NCBI GenBank assembly: GCA_043228905.1
Contig: JBHGNT010000010.1
Location: forward strand, 1,612,001-1,676,000
Direction: 5' to 3'
DNA length: 64,000 nucleotides
DNA from: Azolla caroliniana
Lineage: Eukaryota; Plantae; Polypodiophyta
Shown here: positions 52,124 to 64,000 of the stretch, piece by piece
Layout: every line of letters begins with the position of its first letter
How positions within the stretch are numbered: the stretch's first letter is position 1
The notes under the pieces: generated by a model
The model's input: the letters and a program-made list of their open reading frames with translations, nothing else
The model's database searches: none
Told to the model about the DNA's origin: nothing
Position numbers and translations under genes: made by a program

Positions 52124-55100
52124 GAGGGATGTAAAAAAAAAACACAGAGAGCGATCTGAGTAGAGTGATCGTGATGTCAGTGACTACGCCCATGAGGAGA
52201 TCTCGTGAATCATCCTATGGCATCTGTCCTGTTGTGGATCTCATGATAGATTTCGCTCCTTCCTACGAGGTGGAACAGAGCGTGCAGGCGGAGATAGATC
52301 CGTTGCAACAACTCTCGGTTGTGGTTCATGTGGTGGATGGCCACCCAAATAGAAGCGATATCCACCATCTTCTTCAAGCGTGATTCCATGCTGATTTAGA
52401 AAGAATCCTCGATATTCAGCTACTAGGACGAAACTGCTATCACTTGGAATTTGCATCAGAGGAGATGGTTCAAAAGTTGTTATGGCTAGGTTGCGTACAA
52501 ATTAGAGGCCTTTGGTTGCAATTCCTGCGGTAGTTTCTCGATTTCAATATAGATTTGCTTAATTCGGTTGGTACATAAGGTTTGCTTTTTCAATTATGTT
52601 TCCTTCCTTACCTAAACAATGGTGTCCTGCTTTAAAAAACATCGCATCTATGATTGGCCCGGTTCTTGATGATGGGGAAGAGATCGATAGATTTAATGCC
52701 AATCGAATGAGTTTGCCAATTGTTAGAGTTTTGGGATCAAGGGATTCCATTTTACCTTCCTTCATTAAACTTCTTGCGTTGAGTAAGAACACCAAGGGAA
52801 GAATTCAAAAGGTTGTATATTCGGGCCTTCCCAACCAATGTTTTTCATGTGGCGCAGTGGGTCATTTAGCTAAAGATTGTGAGGTTAAAAATGAAACTAT
52901 TCAACATAAGAACCCAACCACGCAAGAGGATAGTTGGGTAAAGGTGAGAAGAGGTAAACATAGTTTTGCAAGTGTGGATGTATGCAAAAGAAATGGTTGC
53001 CTACGGGTAATAAGTTTATATTGCTTTCTATTCCGAATATGGAGAAGGAACAAAATCATCTGGAAGGTGAGGGGGATGGTCAATCCTCTGCTAATTTTGT
53101 CGAAGATGTTATTGTTAGGGATTTGCAATTAATCATGTTTGTATGTCATGATGATCCCCTACATCAGGATAATAATAAGGTAGCGGAGCAAAATCTCATT
53201 ATCACTAACCTAGAGACTATAGAGGAGTCTCACTGGTTGGTGCCGAAGGCAATGGACTTGTAATCAGATGTTAGGATGCATTTAGAATTTAAAGGTTGTA
53301 TAATGAGATCAAGAGCTAAGAGCATGGTTGTCATTGGTGGTAGTACATGTGTAAATCATGAGGAAGAACATACTCGATTGAGCATACATAAGTCCATTGT
53401 AAACAAATCCACTAATAATATGGTTGCTAAAGGCTTGAGAATTTTGACACAAGCATGTAAGCTGAAGAAACCTTCCAGGGAGAGTAAAAGTAAGGTTAAA
53501 AAACAATTATTATTAACATATGGATAATTTTGCAGTCCTATCATGGAATGTACAAGGATTAGGAGGTGCTTTATGTAGAAGAATCAAGGCTAGAATACGT
53601 AGGGAACTTCATAAATTTCAGGTTGGAAGTTGTGATTTGATTATGTTACAAGAACATCATTTAGATGCGAGTAAAATACACTCTTATGGTAATATGCTTC
53701 GTGGTGATTGGAGGTATTATTGGATTCTGGCATGTGGACAATCGGAGAATAAATGCGGTGTATGTATGATTCTTAGTGATAAATGGATGCAATTTGTTCT
53801 TCATTACCAACAAGTGGTGGAAGGAAGGGCTCATTATCTACTCCTTAAATTAATGATGTTGTTTGGGGTTTTTTGAACATTTATGCCCCAAATGATAGGG
53901 GTGCTCGTATGGGTTTTTGGACACAAATTATCCAATAATTGCCGCATGTTGATCATTGGTGCATGGACGGTGATTTTAATATGATTGAGGCCGCAGGGGA
54001 TAGAGTGGGTTGTTCTAGTGTTGTTCTGATAGGCTCTATGATTGACGTCGTGGGAGAGCTTATGCTTCATGTTGAGGATACAAGATGCTTGGCACCTCCC
54101 CTCATTTCATAGACTTAGTGACTCATTACAATATTCTAGATCGGATAGGCGTCAATTAGGGGTTAATCTATCTCGGTTAGATAGGATATATGTAGATGAT
54201 TATTTTAATGATATCGGAGGAGAAGTTGGGATTATTGGGGGTTCTCTATTTTCTAACCATGCTCCAGTGATTTTGAAGTTGCTTAGGATTAAAAAACATA
54301 GAAGGTTTTCCGCTAAAATTCATATATCCCTGTTTTTGAATGATATTTTTAGAAGTCAAGTTTTGGGTATATGGAATTATGAGATGGGAGCTCAACTATC
54401 TAAAGTTTCTAAGGTACAAAAGGCTTTATATTTAATTGTTGAATTTTTTAAGGATAAAGCGTTGTTGCAATTACAAGAGGCCAAACAAAAGATGCTAGCT
54501 TCTAGGCGGACGATTATTGCTCTTCAAAAACTACAGGAGAATAACCTACGGGCTATGTGGGTTGAAGCTGAATTGCATCGAACACTTGCTGAGATGCAAC
54601 AAATTGAGGATGTTATAGCTCAACACAAATTTTGTGCATCCTCAACGAATTGGTCTCATCTCGCAGATAAGGTTAATGCTGATTTTTTTCGTGCAAATAA
54701 AATTGGCCATACTAAGAATGTAATGAGGCAATTAGAGAGTGAGGATGGATCATTAACATCAGATGATGTTGAAATGAGGAGAATTGCCTCAGACTGTTAT
54801 AAAGCTTTGCTAATTAGGCAATCATTTACGCATGAGCAAGTGGCCTTAAGATCTACATTATGGTGTGTGATGAAGAAGAAAGTTAATCTTTCTATGGCTA
54901 ATGAATTAGTTGAACCTTTTAATGTTCATGAGGTGTATGCTGCAATTACGGCCTTAGGTAAGAATGTATGTCCTGGCATCGATGGTTTTCCTCCTGAATT
55001 TTTTCTTTGCTATTGGGATCACATTGGAATCAGTGTAACTGAAGCCTTACAAGAGGTTTTTACTTTGGGTGATATGCCTTCTCAATGGAATGCAGGGTTA

Positions 55101-58100
55101 ATTTTTTTTATTCCTAAATTGGAGGGGGTAGTAGTTGACATTAAGAAGTGGCGGCTGATAACTATTTTGAATACTATCTATAGGATTTATTCTAAAGGCC
55201 TTGCTTTACGTATGCAACCTTTATTAAATGATATTATTCGTAAATCGCAAATGGGTTTTATGCAATAGCGTTCTATTTTTTATAATATTTTCATGTTCTG
55301 GGAGCTTACAGCTTTGACAAAAGAGAAGGATGTTGACCTAGTGGTGTTATTGTTGGACTTTGAAAAGCCATACGATAGAGTTGATTGGTCTTTCCTTGAG
55401 GAAGTTATGTTACAACTAAGATTTCCAATGGCTTGGGTAGTGGCGGTAAGAGCCTTATATAAGAATGCGACTAGCTCCGTATATGTGACGGGAGAAGTTG
55501 ATGGTCCCTTCTCTATTTCAAGGTCGGTTAGGCAATGATGTCCATTGGCCCCTTTCCTATACTTATTAATAGATGAGTCTTTTCATGTGTATTTTAATAA
55601 TCACGCCTTAAGAATTAAACAGTTGCAATGGGGATTCGATTATAAGCAAGTGCTTGATAATGAATTTGTTGATGATAAAGCTTTATATGTGGATGGGGAG
55701 GAACAGAATTTGCGTAATGTTCAATGTGTGGTGTAAGAATTTTGTGAGCTATTCGGTGTTGTTATAAATTGGAATAAATCCATTGGAATCAAAATGAAGA
55801 ATAATAGAGTTTCACATTGGTTGCCCCATCCGGATTTTCATTGGCTTCAACATGGGAGGTCAATACGATATCTTTGTTGTCAAATTGGTGTTGGCATTAC
55901 TCATGATCAACTTATTTCCCCCTTGTTGATGTCATTGTAGAGGAAATTGTTGTTTTGGTCTTCGAGACATTTATCATTGGCTAGAAGAATTGTAATTGCT
56001 AATCAAGTGCTTCTGTCTTCGATGTGGTATATCCTCTCATCTTGGTTGTTTTCAATATCTGTTCTCTCTCAGGTACAGAGGCTTGTCCACAATTTCTTAT
56101 GGGGTGCATCTTATGTAAATGCAAGATCTAAAGGTGCGTGGAAAGTAATAATATCTCCTCCTCACGAGGGCAGATTAGGGTTGATAGACTCAATGTTACA
56201 ATGTAGAGCATTACTTAGGAAATTTGTTGCGAGAAGTATGTTGCCAGGGAATGAACCATGGAAGTTGATAGACCCAATGTTACAATGTAGAGCATTACTT
56301 GGGAAATTTCTTGCGAGAAGTATGTTCCCAGGGAATGAACCATGGAAGTTGATAGACCTAATGTTACAATGTAGAGCATTACTTCGGAAATTTGTTGCGA
56401 GAAGTATGCTGCCAGGGAATGAACCATGGAAGTTGATAGACCCAATGTTATAATGTAGAGCATTACTTGGGAAATTTGTTGCGAGAAGTATGTTGCCAGG
56501 GAATGAACCATGGAAGTTGATAGACCCAATGTTACAATGTAGAGCTTACAATGTAGAGCATTACTTGGGAAATTTGTTGCGAGAAGTATGTTGTCAGGGA
56601 ATGAACCATGGAAGTTGCTACTTCATGAACGTATGAAGGAATTGGTTCCATGTAGAGGTGGACATTGGAAGCGAAATGTGAGGTGGTGGTTTGTGCATGA
56701 GGATATGCCTTTGACTTCTACTTTCACTTCTAATAAAAAATTTAACTCTTTGTTAAGAGCTTAGAAAAGTTTGTTGCCTAATCTTGTGCATGAACATCCT
56801 ATATGGGAGGACGAGTGGAAAAGGCAACCAATTTGTTGGAACCCCTTGATTAAGGATGATTATGGTAATATGTTGGGAAGAAGGACAAGATTAAATTGGG
56901 CGGCGGTTGATGAGGCATTTGCAGCTAATGTTGGTACTTGGTTAACCTTTAATTAATCCTCTAGGGATGTTAAGGAACAAGTTTTGAAATCAATAAGAGG
57001 TGGTACGTTAATGTTCCAAGCGATAAGTAACGCTTGTAATAGGATTTTGCCTTCTTCTTTTAATTCAAACCATGTATGGTACGGGGCATTCTCTTCTTTT
57101 AATGTCTTGATTGGAGCAAGAGCCTATACATCTAATGAATCCTTCTTAGCATATATAACAGTTTCAGAGGGAAAATTGCAATTGGTCTCTATGGAGGATG
57201 ATCTTCTCAATTTAGTGGAATGGAAACCTATTAGGGTGGTAGCAAAAACAGGGAAAGTATGTATTATTGATCCCCATCTTGAAAAAGTAAACCCTTGCTG
57301 GGATATTTGGGTTTGTGATAGTAAGCCCTTATTAGAGTTAGAGTGGGATCCGACGGAATGGTGGTGGAGAGATGCTAATGGTAAGATGGTTTCTTTCTTT
57401 GACTACTCCATAAAATTAGGTAGGGAATTCCAACGAAGGAGGAATGTAGTTATGCCAGCTGCAGCTAAGGTATGGTTAAATAATAATATTCCTATGCATT
57501 CAGTATTGGCATTTTGAAATGGTTGTGGACTCTCTACAGATTCATCGCAAAATCATTACATTTAGATGGTTATATGTTCACTACGCACTTCCAGTCTTGG
57601 AATGAATGCATAGGGAAGAGGGAACCAAAACTTCCTCTTTTTGTGGGCTTCACTTGGAATCAATGCAACATGTCTTATGGAATTGTATGGCCACATGTTC
57701 TGTTTGCAAACGTATGTTGCGCCTCATTGATGTTGCATATGGACCTAATGTGATTACATAGGGAAATGTCTTTTGGGTGGACGTAAATGTGGATAAGCAT
57801 AATTATGAAAGGGAAAAGATATTATTTACCCTTCAAACTAGGGGAAGGCAAGTTAAGGACATACCATACTCAGTATGGGCTACGATATCATTGATGGTTC
57901 TATGGAATATTTGGATAGATCGACGCAAAAATGTGTTTCAGCAAATAAAGCAAATATCTTGTTCATTGTGTGAAGGAAATTTGGTCGATGCTTCTCTCAA
58001 TTTTAAAAGGTCAATATGACTCCTTCACAGGTAATGAAGATATGATTTTTATGAAACAACAATCCTTTAAAGGCAAATGGAAGGATTTGTTAGTTTTTGT

Positions 58101-58298
58101 GGAGAGAAATGACAAAATGAATTGGCAATATGTACCCCCGCGATGGTTGTTTCCTCCATAGGTGGATGTTGGTGTCAAGTATGACATAATGGGGATATCT
58201 TACCCGCCACTACATTGTATTATTATATGTGTTGTATATCCTTTTTGGATTGGTATTGGAAAATATGGTGTAGTTTAAATTAAAAAATTAAAAAATAG
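52124..58298 (+). mobile_element. Full-length but inactivated L1-like LINE retrotransposon (6175 bp)
   Basis: 15-bp TSD CATGTGCACCATGAG at 52109-52123 and 58299-58313, A-rich tail at ~58277-58297. ORF1 remnant with zinc knuckle CFSCGAVGHLAKDC. ORF2 from 53520: APE endonuclease (SWNVQGLG, LQEHH, NIYAPN, GDFNM, SRLDRIY, FSNHAPV), RT (CPGIDG, LLDFEKPYDRVDW, RSVRQ*CPLAP, EFVDD) and zf-RVT remnant. Many stops and frameshifts. Confidence 0.96.
56181..56614 (+). repeat. Five tandem 84-bp (28-codon) repeats inside LINE ORF2
   Basis: Starts at 56181, 56265, 56349, 56433 and 56517; unit encodes LIDPMLQCRALLGKFVARSMLPGNEPWK. Copy 4 has a TAA. Copy 5 has an extra 14-bp TTACAATGTAGAGC duplication. Confidence 0.97.
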
Positions 58299-58372
58299 CA
58301 TGTGCACCATGAGATGGCATGGACATGAGCAATGAGCTTTGTCATCTTGTGTCCAAAATGGAATTGGCCCCA

Positions 58373-58682
58373 AAGATGCTCATGTCAAGTCTATTGCTAA
58401 AAAATGATGAAGCATCAACTATTACTCCCATGATAAGTTACGAAGTTGATGCACCCATGTTACCCCCTTTAATACAAAGCTCACCCACATTGTCCCACGA
58501 ATATGATTGGCCATAAAGATGTTGAGACTATTGCTCAAAAATGTCATTTGACATAAAGATGCTCAAGTTGAGACTATTGCTCAAAAATGATGAGCCATCA
58601 AGTATTCCTCCCATGATAAGTTCAAAAGTTGATCCACCCATGCTAACCCCCTTAATACAAACCTCACTCCCGAGTCCCACCA
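58373..58682. repeat. ~183-bp tandem duplication right of the LINE
   Basis: AGATGCTCA...CTATTGCT.AAAAATGATGA..CATCAA.TATT.CTCCCATGATAAGTT...AAGTTGAT.CACCCATG.TA.CCCC.TTAATACAAA occurs twice, with a partial third copy between. Confidence 0.85.
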
Positions 58683-59214
58683 ATGTTGAACAAAGTCATA
58701 AAAGATGAAATCATCCCATCCCACACATCGTTGAGCTCTCGCCCCCATCTTAGCTTCACACCTGCTATTTGTCGATGCTTGGAATTTGTTGTGACACAAG
58801 GCATATATGTGAAACAACTTATCTCTACATATACTTAGCAATGTCAAAGAAATCGTGGAAAATCGTGGTAACCCTTGTCAACATTATATATTTACAATTC
58901 TTTAAATGATAGTATGATATAATGAAGTTTTGTTGTGGAATCAAAGAAATTTGGTCCATTCATGTGTATATCTAAATGAAGGTTCTAAAATAGTGTGTAA
59001 TTTTATTGTATGGTCTAAATCCTATTAGAATAAAATTGTGTTAAAATTATGTGTGCGAATGTAATTTACATTGACAATGCTATCTACAATCTATTAATTT
59101 GGAAGAAAAGCCAGTTGTATTGATTCAGAGCTAAAAAGTTAAACATTCAAATTTCGACCCACAAGAACAAACACCACGCATGACAACTCTACTTATGACA
59201 TAAGTAGAAGACGA

Positions 59215-59500
59215 TAGTTAAATTTAGAATAATGTAGAATTCAAAATGTATCCATGAGATAAGTGGGGAGGTAAGAATTCTAGTTAGATTTAGTGTAGTG
59301 TCGAATTCAAAATGTCCCTTGAAATAAGTGGAGAGTTAGAAATCCAGTTAAATTTAGAAAAATGTTGCCTTGAAGTCAGTAGAGGATTCTAGTTAGAACT
59401 CTAGTTAAATTTAGAGTGGTGTAGAAATCCCAAGATACCCTTGCATTAACAAATCATAGTTAGAACTCCAATTGAATTTAGAGTGTTGTAGACTCCCAAG
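59215..59500. repeat. Degenerate ~65-bp minisatellite, 4-5 units
   Basis: Recurring AGTTAAATTTAGA..GTGTAGAA.TC.AAAATG...TTGAAATAAGTGG..AGTTAGAA.TC. Confidence 0.8.
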
Positions 59501-60089
59501 CATTATTATCGTTTCATCGATAGAGAACACTAGAGAGTGGGGAGCCTAGAGAGGCCTTAGCCAATTAGTTTGAGACATGTGAACTTGATCCAAAATGGGT
59601 TGATCCCCAAATGCACAAAATGGAGATTATATGACAAATCACATTACCAAGTTCCAACTATGATAGAGATCAATTATAGCGATGTTATTAAAATATGCTT
59701 ATGTTTATAGAATCTCAAAAACTATGCGTGGCCAAGCTCTATGCACCTAATCATGTGAAATTTAAGGTTAAGTGCATCATTAAAGTATCAAAACCAATAA
59801 GTTGAGATTATGGATTTTAGTTTCTAGTAATTAAGGAACAAGGTTTTTTACTTGTTATTTGTAGTATGCACGTGACATATACCTCTTATATGATTCTCTG
59901 TTTGATAAATGAGCAATCATGGAGAACTTACTTAGTTGAAAAATAAATTAGAATATGTAAGAAAAACATGCTCCATGATTTCTATTTCTATCTCCCTTAT
60001 TCATTAATTACCATTGCATTAAAGGCCAATGATATTCATTATGCCTCTTTATATTGCATTATGGAAAAGAAAACAGAATTGTCACTCTT

Positions 60090-60285
60090 GTAAAGCTATT
60101 TTTGAGGCATAAGCTATTGGTGGGAATGAACTCAAATTAATATTCTAAAATATCTTTATATTGAAAACACAACATCAAACTCATGAGACTTTAAAAGCAT
60201 TTTTAGAAGCAAACCATTGGTGTGAATGAACTCAAACTAAATGCGTGAAGCATTTCTATGATAGAAACACAAACCAAACTCAATG
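60090..60285. repeat. ~100-bp tandem duplication
   Basis: ATTGGTG.GAATGAACTCAAA.TAA...AAACACAA...CAAACTCA occurs twice. Confidence 0.8.
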
Positions 60286-63200
60286 TCCCACTTAATGTTT
60301 TCAAGCATAAAAAGACTATTGTTATAGTGTCATGCTTGTTAGAGTATTGTTCTCAAATACATGTTCTATGTAATGTATGACTTTATATGCCTTAAAATAA
60401 CATTTAATATAGTCAAGAGAACAAAATAGATATCATGATCAGGGGTTAACTTTTTAGAAACTCTCTTCGAGATCAAAGTTTAGAGTCAACGAAATGGATG
60501 GCAATTGTACTATTATTTCCCTAGAACAAGCGCAAAAGTAATTGGTCTACAAAATTTCCATGAAAATGGCAAGTTGTCATTATTAAAGCTATGACAAGGA
60601 AATCCAAAACTTTACTTAGACCAATGAAGTCATTATTCTTGATAAAGATGTGTAATCTCATCTTAATCAATTGATGGCACAGTTTGAAATTTAGATATGT
60701 GCTTGCACTTCACTTTTTCATCATAACTTGGCGTTGCCAAATTGAGTTATGTTTTTATAGATGCCTTCGAAGTAGCGGGGTAAGAAACGTTTTGGTGACA
60801 CAAGTTGGTCTATTACCTTCATAAATAAGGACTAGTTGCTTTATAGGTATCAAGAAGACATTAGGTTAAAGGATATTATGCCCATGAAAACGCAAGTTTG
60901 AATTTAATGCCCCTTCGAACCTTATCGACAATCTAAACATTAGATGGTTATCATGAATTTTTGGACTTATCATGCTTGTCAGGATCAAGTCAAACGACAC
61001 GTATATTTACAAAGATGCAATCCCTATTTTGAATTTACCATGATTTTGAGAGAAACGAAAAAATGTTATTGGTTTCATATTATTTGATATATATATTGTA
61101 ATAGGAACAAGAAAACTTGATGAATAATGGTGAGATAATTGTGCTTGTTGAAAGTCAAACATGCATTTAGAATATGTTGGAATGCACGTTTTATTATTGA
61201 ATCACGTTGCTTAACTTTTCTAATACACACACTAACTTTGTAACATAGATCTCGAAAGTGAAACTTTCAAGTTTTATAGACAAAACATTTTAAGCCTTTT
61301 TTAGCTCATAAGCAAAGAAGTTGGTGCATGTCAATCAATTTAAAACCCATTATGCATTTCTTATAACATTATTTATGAGTTGGCTTTGATATTTTTATCC
61401 CATGACCAATCACTTTTAGGTTGAAGGTTGTGCATATGGAAATGTTAAACATCAAACTTCGAAACAAGGTAGAAAACTAGTTGAAATTAATTGATGCATG
61501 TATTAAGGTTCAAGTCAGGGTGACTCAATCAATGGGTTCACATGTTATTAACGCTTAACAATTGCAACATTGTAGATTATTTGGGACATCTTATAATAAG
61601 ATTGGTGTTTAATGAAATGAGATTAGTATCATTGTCTACTAGGAATCTCTCTCTTTCGCATGCAAACAACAACAATATCTTATTAACTTGTATTGCATAC
61701 TTTAATTTAGTTCCTATTGTGGCTAGGAGGTGATATTGTTGATGCACGTGCATTGTCCATATCAAAATTTATCCCCGATGACGGTGATTTCACTCATTAT
61801 GGATGCATAAAATGATTCCACTAATGCCTCCACCTTCATTGAGAAGCTATAGAAAAAACCATTATTAAATTCAGTATGTTTTCATGTTCCAAGCCTGTGT
61901 ATGTTGTAAATTCTAGGATCACCAATGTTTAGATTCCAAATACTCTAAAGAAAACATATGTGTGATGTGTCAACATGTTGCAATTTGTATCTCAAGAGCA
62001 ACCTATACATGATGATGCCCACAATAATCAATTGTCTAGATATCTTGTTAACCCTCATGACATGATAATTTCTAGGCTCATAAGCAAAGAAGTTGATAAT
62101 TTTTCTAAAGCCACCATGTTGCCCCTCACTCATACAAAATCTATTGTTACCACGAGGTATTTTGATTAGTTTTGTAAAATTAAGGGTATTTGGATCATTT
62201 TAGTAAGCGTACGGTAGTTTAATAAATGTCTAAGAACTTAGAGCCATTTTGACGTTTTCACAAATTTAGATATTGTTAAGAAACATTATAGTTCAATGTG
62301 ATAAAAAAACATAACCAAATGAAGAAATTGTCAAAGGAATCAATTTAAAATGAGTGGATACGCTCCTAAGTGATATTGACTTCTTTCGACAAACTATTTG
62401 GGAATCATAAGAGATCTTTAGAGATACAATTGCATATCCAAATCCAACTTTCTAGAAAAAAGCAACTACAAACTACAAGAAGGAATAGGAAACTATTTAC
62501 AACTACAGAAAACCATGTCCTAGGATTGTGAATGTTTCAATTTGCACGTTAATCATATGACAATATTAGGAAATTTAAGGTGACATTTATCAAAGTTATG
62601 TTAAATGCATGGAAACTAGTTCAATGTGAAATGAATCCACAGTGATCTAGCCGATGAATCAATTTGCTTTGTTTATTTTACTACAATGTATCTTCTTTTA
62701 AATCAAGCCAACAAAAAAACTAACCAATTGGAAGGTCAAAATAGATGACTTAGATGGACATAAAAGTTAGTTTGATCAACGGGGGAACTTATTTATGGAA
62801 CATACATGCAAAAACATTCAATTTTGTAGTAAAATACAATTTAGCACAAGAATACTATAATACGGAAGGTTTTCATTTGTCACATTCTACATTTCTCATG
62901 AGAGGTGCCAATATGATCGATGCGAGTGTGTACAGTTTATCAAGCACTTTTATCTTTATTGAAGATAAGACCCCCATCAATCTACAATATATGAGGAAAA
63001 GGGCCATGCATGAATAGTAGCCCCCAAAGGTAGGATACTATACAATAATTTTGTGAGCGTCCTCGATGCTTGGAATGAATAGAATTAACATTAACATGGA
63101 TCCAACCATTATGCTATTTGCGAGGACATTCTTGACAATATCTTTTTGACTTTGGATCAATGGTAATATGTAAAAAAGACGAACACAAAATCTACAAATT

Positions 63201-64000
63201 CAAATTCGTACGTGACAAATTGTATGGTTTTGGTTACAACAGCTATGTGTGGACTTTGAGGAAAGGTTTGAGAAAATAATAATTCTAAGTCCATTCAAAT
63301 GTAGTACTTTATCTTCGCCTTCTTCTTTTCTTGATCCTCCACTATCATATGCATGTGTGAGTTTTCAAAAAAAATGTTATTAAAGTTATGCATATGCAAG
63401 TGCTTTTTTCATAGTGACATGTTGACCTATGGTGTGGATCAGGGAAAGGTCTACAATGGAATGTAGAAAAGAAAACACCAATGAACCATGTAGAGAGAGG
63501 TTCCACATTCTTCAACCTCCACAAAGGAGATACATACACTCAAACAATAAAACACAGAGCAAACACTTAACCACAATTTATTTTCACCCTAGTTAAAAAT
63601 GATGACTTGGGTTAATGTTGAAATTTATTTTGCAATGATGTGATTTAGATGGCTATGGAAGTTTCGCATTCCTAGAGACAGATTAGGCCAAAATATAGAG
63701 GAGAGATATGGACTATTTATCAGGCTTTAGTTATCATAGGCTCCATGGCATAAAGGAAGAGAATCCACACAAAGGAGTACAACGCATGTGAATACAAAGG
63801 CCATATGCCACTTCATGTTTTTATAAGCATGTGTGCATGTTCATTAAATAACCTAAGTTTAGTTTTATTCTTATTGGGTCATTGAAGAAGACATGCATAA
63901 CATCATCCCTAGAAACAAGATTATGATGTTAAAATGTCTACATCATTGAATGACTACAGTCGACAACATTATTGCACGTCCAAGATCTTGTTTGATGAAT

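Noticed and set aside
58712-58732. TCCCACACATCG resembling the plant snRNA USE (RTCCCACATCG)
   Set aside because: Two extra bases, no correctly spaced TATA box and no recognisable snRNA downstream.

Overview
Plant nuclear genomic DNA: AT-rich, with GT-AG introns. It is probably a fern or other seed-free vascular plant; this is inferred from protein style and not proven. Six protein-coding loci can be reconstructed: (1) first exon of a conserved basic 'MGKGKGRKRRE.NYRAAHGG' protein running off the left edge (-); (2) a 4-exon DeSI/PPPDE peptidase (-); (3) an 8-exon NT-C2 + coiled-coil + Dilute-like protein (+); (4) an intronless class II CIN-type TCP factor with an R domain and a miR319 target site (+); (5) a 5-exon two-HMA-domain HIPP ending in CaaX (+); (6) an intronless PLS-class PPR with a truncated E region (-). 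The transposon content includes a 648-bp hAT-type MITE with perfect TIRs and an 8-bp TSD, and a full-length but dead 6.2-kb L1-like LINE with a 15-bp TSD and an internal 5x84-bp amplification. There is also a 5'-truncated relative of that LINE, an antisense Ty1/copia remnant in an intron, probable LTR fragments, a structured intronic minisatellite and many short tandem duplications. No CRISPR, rRNA or convincing tRNA gene was found. I cannot point to a clearly new biological system. The best leads are the layered post-transcriptional control of the TCP gene (miR319 site plus uORFs), the unusual C-terminal extension shared by the two LINEs, and the higher-order intronic repeat in the HIPP gene.
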